Assembly (NCBI GenBank): GCA_038125145.1
Contig: JAYPDK010000003.1
Coordinates: 1-56,834, forward strand
Origin: Candidatus Poseidoniaceae archaeon
GTDB lineage: Archaea > Thermoplasmatota > Poseidoniia > Poseidoniales > Poseidoniaceae
Direction: 5' to 3'
Length of the DNA: 56,834 nucleotides
Positions 43,872-52,800 of the stretch are shown here, piece by piece (positions within the stretch are counted from its first letter, which is position 1; every line of letters starts with the position of its first letter). A model generated the notes under the pieces. The model worked only from the letters and a program-made list of their open reading frames with translations. It did not search any database and had not been told where the DNA came from. The position numbers and the translations under genes are program-made.

Positions 43872-46808
43872 GTGCTCTGGATGCGGTCATGCTCCACGTC
43901 CGGTATGCTCCGCGCCGTTCTGCTTGTTGGGCTGATGGCGCTGGCCCCCCTCAGCGCGTTGCCCACCCATGGCGTGGTTGAGGTGCTCGACGCCCCCGTC
44001 GAGCCGGCTCCTGCCGTGGCGGGCCTCGAGAACTACCGTCTGTACCTCGATGCCGAAAACAACAGCGCGGGGGGCGACGGACACATTTCGACGCTGGAGC
44101 CGGACGGCGGTCAAGAGGAACTCTCGGTGCTCGGTGGCATCGAGTTCCGCTCGTCGGAATTGATCTCCGACCTCACCATCTACGGCGAGGGTTCCAACAA
44201 CGACGAAATCCAACTGACCGTGTACATGCGCTTCCGGGGCGCACAGGGCTCGACCGGTGACGTGACCTTCTCCCTGAAGGCAGGAGACAGCCAGATCGAT
44301 TCGGAAACGGTGGACCTCGACGACCCCTGCAGCGCGACCTTCGGAGGCTCTTGCACCTTCGCAGCGCAAGAGATCATGTTCTCGATTTCCTCAAACGGGT
44401 ACACCATCGCCAACGGGAAGCAACTCAAGTTGCTCATCGATGGTCAGGCGTCGTGCGAAGGTCAAGGCGGGAACCCCATCGGTGGCGCGGACTGCGACAT
44501 TGAGGTCGCCTTTGGTGACCTCGACTCGACGACGAGCACCTCCCGACTGGAAGTCATGGCGAACGCCTTGGCAGCCTCCTCGGTTCGCGTGCACGAGGTC
44601 GGTGCCTCGTGGAACGACCCAGAAATCCTTCAATGGGCGCCAAACGCCCTTGCTGACGACCGGGAAATTCAGTTCGACGTGGACGTGCGCGATGCCTTCG
44701 GGCGCTCGGACATCGAATCGGTCAGCCTCGTGCTGAGCACGCCGAACGGCGCCGGCGTGCTGTTCGATGAGAACTTTGGCGACGATGACCTGCGCCTTGA
44801 CAACGAAGGCTTGGTCGGGAACTTCACATGGGCGTACGACGGAGGTTCGTCGATTGCTCCGGGCGTGTATCCGCTCGCGCTTGAGATCCGCGACGTGCAG
44901 GGGCACACGGTCCTGTACGAGCACGAGGGGCTTGAGTTCGTGGAGCACGGCATCCATCTCGGCGTCCCCAACAACCAGCCGACCGTGGTCCTCATCGCGC
45001 CCGGTCAAACGAGCACGGTCGAATTCCTCGTCACCCACGTGGGTGCCTCGTCGGCGGCCATGGAGGTCATCCTCGACCTCAAGCGTTCCCTCCCTTCGTC
45101 GTGGTCCGATCCCGTCTGGGACCGTCCGGCCGGATACTCGCTGAGCGGCGGTGGTTCCGTCGCTCGCCCCATCCTGTCCATCGAGGTCGGTGACGACCTC
45201 ACGAACGCCCCCTCGCGCTTGGAGGTGGTGGCGCGTGCCTACGCCGATCTTGACGGCACGATGGTGGAGGTGGACGTGGTGGACATCACGCTCGACTTCG
45301 AAGAAGTCGGCGTGTACGCTGAGCCTCGGATTTCTGTCTTTGAAGACGAAGAGCATCAGCGGCAGATCGCCGACTCCAACCGACCCGACCTCTACGATGA
45401 GGACCTGTCGCATTACGTCGACATGTCCGAGGCTCAGGAGGGCGCGTCCTTCTACCTCGACGTGTTCAACGCGGGCTTCGATGCGGACCAGTTCCGCCTG
45501 CGCGTGACGGAGCTCCCTGAATCGTGGTTGTACCGCTTTTACGACAACGACACGGGTCAACCGTTGATCGAAGAGGGCATCAACGCGGTGACCCCGAGCA
45601 TCGGGTCACATCAGCAGTTGACGCTACGAATGGCCATCTATCCACCCGACGAGCGCGAAGCCGAAGACATCGGCCTCGTTCGGGTGCTTGTCATCAGCGA
45701 CAGCGACACCGAACTGCGCACCGAGGTCGCGTTCACCGTGCACCGCACCTTTGGGGTGCTGGCGGAAATCATCTCCGACAGCGACGCTGGCGTGCTCGGA
45801 ACCGTGGGCCCAATCAGCCCGGGCGGCAGCGCTCGCTTCACCTTCCGCATCACCGACGCCGGTGACTCAGCCACGGACACGACGTGGCGCATCGTCCCTC
45901 CGAACCTGCTTGCTCGGAACCTCGAGGCCGACGGGCAGTACGGGTCGTGGGACTACGCCATCAGCGATGAGTCGGGTGCCAACGCGCCTGTCGTGCGCCT
46001 CGGGGCGGACGAATACGCCACGTTGGTGCTCGACGTCGACCTGCGCAACCAGGTCGAAGCAGGGAACCACACCATCTACGTCGGCATCATCGAAGACGGC
46101 GTGGACAGCGATGAAGCGCGGTACTTTGACCTCCCCGTGAACATCGTCGTGAAGGACGACGTGGTCGCTGGACGGCTAGAGATCACGCAGGTCAGCGCGA
46201 TGACGCCCTTCGGCGCAGAGCAGTCGAAGTCCGTCGAGTTCCGCATCACGAACGGCAACAACGTGCCCCTTACGGTCTTGATTTCGCTGGACGAGCCTGA
46301 CGGATGGGACAACGGGGCCGTCAGCGTCTCCTCCTTCCAGCAGGGCGGCAGCACGCTGCTCCTCACCGTCCCCGCGTATTCCTATGAGGGGTTCAGCGTC
46401 GAACTGACGGCGCCAAAGACGGTCAAGAACAACGATCAGGTCGACGTGAGGATCATCGTTGAGCCGTACGACGAAGAAGTCCCCTACGGCCCAGACTTCG
46501 TGCAACGCACGACCTTCCAGTTCACGACGTCGTGCAGCGAGGTGTCGTGCCTGCTCAACGAATTGCGGAACCCCGAGCCCGCCACGGTCGGGCTGCTTGG
46601 CATGCTTGTGGCGGTGGTCCTCTACGCCACCTACCGCCGTGGCGCGACCAACACCCTCGCGCTCGGGTCAAAGCACGAGGCGGACCTCGAGGACCTGGCG
46701 TCCGCCGATGCAGGCGAAACCGCGGCGCCGCCCCTCGATGTGCCGGCGCCCGTCGTCGTCGAGCAGGACGAGGACCTCGAGTTGCTCGACGAGCTTCAGG
46801 ACCTCTGA
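43872..46808 (+). CDS. Large cell-surface protein (978 aa): signal peptide, repeated beta-sandwich (CARDB/NEW3-like) modules, C-terminal TM, acidic cytoplasmic tail
   Basis: Signal-like MLRAVLLVGLMALAPLSALP. Recurrent modules of the type ...F.L.V.N.G..D.F.L.V..LP..W.... TM ATVGLLGMLVAVVLYATY and tail ending DEDLELLDELQDL. Start is GTG 43872, ATG 43881 or ATG 43905. Confidence 0.7.
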   Translation: MLWMRSCSTSGMLRAVLLVGLMALAPLSALPTHGVVEVLDAPVEPAPAVAGLENYRLYLDAENNSAGGDGHISTLEPDGGQEELSVLGGIEFRSSELISDLTIYGEGSNNDEIQLTVYMRFRGAQGSTGDVTFSLKAGDSQIDSETVDLDDPCSATFGGSCTFAAQEIMFSISSNGYTIANGKQLKLLIDGQASCEGQGGNPIGGADCDIEVAFGDLDSTTSTSRLEVMANALAASSVRVHEVGASWNDPEILQWAPNALADDREIQFDVDVRDAFGRSDIESVSLVLSTPNGAGVLFDENFGDDDLRLDNEGLVGNFTWAYDGGSSIAPGVYPLALEIRDVQGHTVLYEHEGLEFVEHGIHLGVPNNQPTVVLIAPGQTSTVEFLVTHVGASSAAMEVILDLKRSLPSSWSDPVWDRPAGYSLSGGGSVARPILSIEVGDDLTNAPSRLEVVARAYADLDGTMVEVDVVDITLDFEEVGVYAEPRISVFEDEEHQRQIADSNRPDLYDEDLSHYVDMSEAQEGASFYLDVFNAGFDADQFRLRVTELPESWLYRFYDNDTGQPLIEEGINAVTPSIGSHQQLTLRMAIYPPDEREAEDIGLVRVLVISDSDTELRTEVAFTVHRTFGVLAEIISDSDAGVLGTVGPISPGGSARFTFRITDAGDSATDTTWRIVPPNLLARNLEADGQYGSWDYAISDESGANAPVVRLGADEYATLVLDVDLRNQVEAGNHTIYVGIIEDGVDSDEARYFDLPVNIVVKDDVVAGRLEITQVSAMTPFGAEQSKSVEFRITNGNNVPLTVLISLDEPDGWDNGAVSVSSFQQGGSTLLLTVPAYSYEGFSVELTAPKTVKNNDQVDVRIIVEPYDEEVPYGPDFVQRTTFQFTTSCSEVSCLLNELRNPEPATVGLLGMLVAVVLYATYRRGATNTLALGSKHEADLEDLASADAGETAAPPLDVPAPVVVEQDEDLELLDELQDL

Positions 46809-46852
46809 ACCAGAGGGTCTGCTGACGGCGTGTCGGAACAGCGCACCATTCC

Positions 46853-46862
46853 CCTTATGAGG
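46853..46862 (+). promoter_or_regulatory. TATA-like box CCTTATGAGG (inverse orientation of CCTCATAAGG), ~30 nt upstream of ATG 46885
   Basis: Read directly; overlaps the left arm of an 8-bp inverted repeat at 46858-46878. Confidence 0.3.
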
Positions 46863-46884
46863 CGTCGGAAACGCCTCAGGACCG

Positions 46885-49800
46885 ATGTCTCAGACGTCAG
46901 TCCGCACCTCGCCCGCCGTCCGCCGCGGTCTCGCCGGTGCTGGCCAGAAGCGCCGGGCCTTTTCGCTGGTGCTTCTGATGCTCGCCTCCACCTTTGCGGG
47001 CATCGAATTCGTGAGTTTTGATGCCATGGCCGCCACCGACGCGGACGGCGACGGCCTGACCTACGGGCTGGAGTACCTGATCAACACCTCGCCAAACGAC
47101 CCCGACTCCGACAACGACGGCCTACCGGACGGATGGGAGTGGATGCACGGACTCGACCCGCTGTCCAGTTCCTTCGCGGACGGTGCGGTGGGCGACCCTG
47201 ACGGCGACGGCATGTCGAACCTTCAGGAGTACACCTACCTGATGCCAACCAACTGGGATTCGACCAGCACCCCCTCCGTGCTGGACAACGGGGTCTGGTG
47301 GAACGGCACCGTGCCGACCAACGACTGGTCCGAGGAGCATGCGATGCAATTCAGTCCGCCTGCCTGTGGCGCTTCGGGCAGCGACGGCACGGGTTCGGTC
47401 ATCCTTTGCGACGAGGACCCTGCCGGGAACATCTGCACGGACGGATTTGACAACGACAAGGACGGTGCTGTGGACGGTGCGGACAGCGACAACGATGGCG
47501 ACGCGGACTGCACGTCGAACGACGACGACGGCGATGGCGTCGCCGACGAGGACCGCCGTGGCTACGACACGGACGGCGACGGCATGCCCGACGGGTGGGA
47601 AGTGTCCTACGGCCTCAATGCAACCTCGGCCTCGAACAACGACGGCGCTTGGGGAGACCCAGACGGTGATGGGCTCGCGAACATCTACGAATACATCAAC
47701 CCGTCATGGACGACGAACTGCGGCGCCTCCCCTTGCTTCCGCCCAGAACCCGGTCAGGCCACCGAGACCATCACGCCATGCGACCCCGTCAGCGGGATCG
47801 GCCCGGGCGGCTGCGCTTCGCTGACGGCCGAAGTGGACGGCATCACCTCGACCAGCCCGACAGCCGCGGACACCGACGGTGACGGCCTCAACGATTCCTA
47901 CGAAGCCTTCACCCTCCTGACCGACCCGACGGCCTCCGACACCGACGGCGATGGTCTGTCGGACGGTGTCGAAGTCAACGCGCAGTATGGCGATCCTGCC
48001 CAAGCCAGCGACCCCCGCGACAACAACACCGATGACGACGCCTTCGACGACGGCGACGAGGACGCCAACGGCAACGGCCTCGTGGACGTCGGCGAGACCG
48101 ACCCCACGCGCCGCGAGGACGCGGGCGACCAGGACAACGACGGCATCCAGAACTGGGAGGAGAACCTCTCGTGCACGATGTGGGACGTCTACGACACCGA
48201 CTTTGGCGGCATCGGGGACGGCGACGAGCGCAACATCTCGCACGGCACCGACCCGTGCGATTCCATGGTGGATTACGTCACCACCATCGTCGGCTGGGCG
48301 GCCGGAAGCTCCCGCCTCACCGTGACGAACGGAAGCGGCTTCAACCCCAACGGTGGAACCGGATTCTACAACAGTTCGGGGACCTTGGTTTCCTTCGCCT
48401 ATGCGGCGGTGGTCAACGATGTCCTGCAGGGCGTCAGCCTTGCTCCCCCCGGCGGCGTGACGGACGTGCTGAACCGCAACGGTTCCTACTGCCACACCTC
48501 GGCGACCGTCGACGGCACGATCGGCACGACCCGGACCTACTGCGACGACGATTACACCGACAGCGACCGCGACGGCCTCGCGGACTGGGAGGAACTGCTC
48601 GGCGTGTACGGATGGTTCTCCAACCCCTCGCTGGCGGACACCGACGGGGACGGGGTCGACGACTACGGCGAGGTCCGGGTGGACGGCACGGACCCGCTCG
48701 ACCCCTGCCGCAACCTCCTCGACCCGGACGGCGACGGGCTGAACAATTACTTCGAGAACTCCACCGGTTGCACGCTGGATTCCATCGGCGTCATGAACGG
48801 CTCCTCCGACGTGTGGGTCACGTCGTGGGACGTGTACGACACCGACTCCGGCGGCGTCGGCGACCTGCAGGAATACTTCGACGGGACCAACCCCGAGAAC
48901 GACCCGAGCGACGACCTGCTTCCCGACGATTTCGACGGCGACGGCATCCCCGACGCCGTGGAGAACATCACCGGAACGGACTGGCGGAACCCCGACACCG
49001 ATGGCGGTGGTGTGAGCGACGGCGTCGAATGCCCTCCCAACTTCTGGGCCCTTGGCTGCGTGGGTTCACCGACGAACCCCTTCGACCCGAGCGACGACTT
49101 CCCTCAGTCCCAGGTCATTTTCTGGGCCAACAACACCAGCGGTACGGTGGACCTCGATCAGGTGCACCGCTGGCGCGAGGTGACGAAGGACTTCCCAACG
49201 GGAACCACGTACGCTCACCTCGCCGCCGTGCATCCCGCGAACGAATTGTTCGCCAACATCGAGAATTTCTCCGGTATGGCCGACGCTTCGTTCGCGAACG
49301 ACACGGTGACGTGGAACATGGTGTACAACCTCGGCCTCGTTGACGGTGCCGCGGTACCGCTGCCCGCATCGACGGTGAACCATTCCTTCTGGACGGACGC
49401 CAGCGCGGAACTCAGCCGGACGAACGACACGTTCAACGTGGCCGTGACCGCGGGCGTGCTCGAGACCCTCATCGCCCTGCAACCGGAGTACTGGTTCGAC
49501 TGGGTCACCCTCGCTTCCACGACCATCGCCAACCAGAGCGACGTCTACGCCTTGGCGGTGGACCCCCGGATGGAAAACGCCTCCCACCCATGGTCCGTCG
49601 TGATGAACATCACCAACGGCGTGGTGAGCGACAGCGGTGCGACGGACGCCTGGAGCATCGCCGACGCCATCGCCACCTTCCTCCTCGAGGGCAACGCATC
49701 GACGGAGTTCAAGCGCAACTACAACGGATCTGGCGTACCTGGCGATCAGGATGTCGCGGTCCACATGCTCGAGGTGGCCCGTGAGGGGACCTGCGAGGAG

Positions 49801-52800
49801 TTCACGACGACCTTCGTGACGATGTCCCGCTTGGCCGGTCTGCCCACGCGGATGGTCAGTGGATACCTTGGCGGGTCGTGGACCGGCAACGGCTACGCCA
49901 TCACCAGCAACCAGCGCACGGTGTGGGCCGAAGTGCACCTGCAGCAGGACGCTGCGAACGGCAACACCGACTTGGGGTGGATCCCCTTCGACGCCTGTCC
50001 TGACCCCGAGGAACTGGAAATCGTCAACCAATCCCTTACGCCCCTGACCTGGGACCGTGACGGGAGCACCTGGTTCAACCTGACCGGTCAGGTTCGGTAC
50101 CTCGAAAACAGCACCCCCATCCCCGACCAACCGGTCATCGCCTACCTCGTCCCCTTCGCCGAGGCCGGCGACGTGCCCGGCATCGCGGCCAGCCCCGACC
50201 GGCAGATCGCGAGCAGCATCACGGACCAGAACGGGAATTTCGTGATGAACGGGAGCCCCTCCATGGCGGTTCCTCCCGGATTTGGGGCGGTGGTGATCCA
50301 GCACGCACAGCAGGGCTACGTGGCCAACGGTGGCATCACGATGGACGCCACGGTCAACGTGACCGACGACTCCATCCTGTCGCACCTCGCGCCAACGCCG
50401 CTCAACGCGCCAATCGTTGGTGCGGGAGCCACGACGGAAATCTCAGGAGCGCTCGAGCCCGAGCAAATGCCCACGACGATCTTCGAGGACCTGAGCGGGC
50501 TTGAGGTCTGGTTGGCCTTCACCTCCTCGGTGGACGGTTCGGTGAACCTCACCACGCCCGTCAACCCAGACGGTTCGTGGTCCTTCGACCTGACGCTGGA
50601 TGAACTGGAAGCGAAGACCAACATCAGCGCCACCCTCGGTTTTTCCGGCTGGACGGACACCTCGCTGCCCATCACGCCGAGCGGGCCGCACCTTCGACCC
50701 ACGTCGACCAACCTCGTGCTCGATGTGCGGGACGCACCAAACCTGACCGCGACCCTGGAAGGCCCTGGCCTGAACTCCAGCGTCCTCGACCTGGGTGACG
50801 ACGTCTGGATCAACGGCACCGTGCAGTCCTTTGGCGCCACGCCAACCGCGATGAACGGGTCCCTCATCTTCGCCTTGCGCGAACTCGACACCGGAAACGG
50901 CTGGGTCGAGGTGTTCAACGTCACCGTGAACGGCTCGTTTGCGGTTCAGCACACGCTTGACCCCATGCTGGTGCCGCTCGCGGCGGGCGGTGTCGAGCCT
51001 CGCCTGCGCTTCGTCCCCTCAACGCTGCCCACCACCGACATCGAGAACTTCACGGCCGGTGCGCCATACCGTTTGCGTGGCATCTACAACTTCACGATGA
51101 TGTCGGAATCGCAACTCCGTGGCGAGGCGACGAACGTCCTCATCGAGGCGCAGGACCACCGTGGTGCAACGGTTGGTCTGACCATGGGCGGCACGTTCGA
51201 CGTGGTCTTCAACGGCAGCGTGGTGGCCAGCCTCGTCGACCCCGCTTCGAACCAACTCACCCCGAGTTGGAACCTCGATCCCAACCTCTTCGCCGGCGAC
51301 TATCCCTTCGCCATCGACTTCCAAGGCTCGGAGGACTACGTGCCGTCCACGTGGAATTCCACGATGCGGGTCAAGGCGGAAATTTCCTGGAACCTCACCT
51401 TGCTCGACGAATGGGTGCACCTCGGCAACGGCACTGTGGTCTACGGGAACATCTCCGATGCCGTGCACGGTACGCGGGTCGTGGACAACGCCTCGGCCCT
51501 GACCGTGTTGCTGCTGACCACGAACGGCCCCGTTGACCTCGCCGTGGGCATGCTCAACACGACCACCGGTGATTTCTCGCTCAACATCACGGCGCCGACC
51601 GTTTTCGCGGGCGGCGTGTACGAGATCGAACTCCTCGCCGACTTCGGCGCCATGGCGCCGGCGGGCGGGGTCTACTACGAGTTTGTCGACCCTGCCGGGC
51701 CGACAGGACCACCGAGCGGCATCCGCACCAACTGGGGGATTGAGTCGGAGGTCGTGGTGATGCCTCAGCAACCTGAGATCGTCGCGCTGATCAACGACAC
51801 CGTCGACCTCCGCGCCCACATCACCGACGTCGCGGACGGCTCGGACCTCGCCGGCTCGACGGTGGAGTGGGTCCTCGATTACGGCGGTGCGAACACCTCG
51901 CTCGGTTCCAGCCAAACCCTTGCGGACGGCAACGCCACCGTGCAGTGGACCGTGAGCGGACTCGGTCCTGGATGGTACGACGTGACCGTCGTTGTCGCCG
52001 ACGACATCACCGCGGCGCTGCAACTCGGCAACCGGCGGCACCTTGGCAACGCCAGCGTGGTCAACGTCACGGTGCAAACGCTCTCCATCGTCGTCCTTGA
52101 TTCGGTGCCGAGCACCGTTGTTGCCGACAGCCCCTTCACCGTGATGGGTCGCGTGCTCGACGCCGACAACACCACCCGGGCCCTCAACGGTCGCGTCAAG
52201 TTGGACGCGTACTGGGAGGACGTGCCGGACGAGTTGCTCATCACCGGCGCTCAGACCGCAGCGAACGGCAGTTTCTCCCTGACCCTCCGCAGCGACGTGC
52301 TGAACGACGGCACCACCCGTGGCAACCGCACGCTGGTGGTCGAGGTCATCCCCGACAGTTCCCCCTTCTACCTCACGGACAACTCGACCGCAGACATCCT
52401 CGTGATGGGCACCACACGCTTCGAAGAGATGCAGCCTCGGAACGCGATCATCGTCAACCGTGGCAACAGCGTTGACCTGACGGCTCGGCTTGTGGAATCC
52501 AGCGACATGTTCACCCCACTCGGGGCCCGCGACGTCGCCATCAAGGTGCACGAGACGTGGTCGCAAACGGTCGTCACCGACGGGGAAGGCTACGCCAACG
52601 CCTCCCACCTCTTTGGCCCCGACCATCCGCTCGGCATCATCACGGTGCAGTTCCATTACAACGGCAGTTTCGACCTTGTTGGCACCCAAGGCAACCTGAC
52701 CACCATCACGGTCCGTTCCCTGACGGTGCTCGTCGTTGACCCCATCGCGACGAACCCAGCCGCAGGCGAAGCGTTCACCGTCACGGGTTCGGTGGTCAGC

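Noticed and set aside
47038-49030. Repetitive GAC-GGC-GAC-GGC-rich DNA, considered as a possible CRISPR array or tandem DNA repeat.
   Set aside because: The repeats are degenerate, in frame, and encode DxDxDG Ca-binding units. There are no regularly spaced identical repeats with unique spacers. No CRISPR-like structure was seen anywhere in the window.
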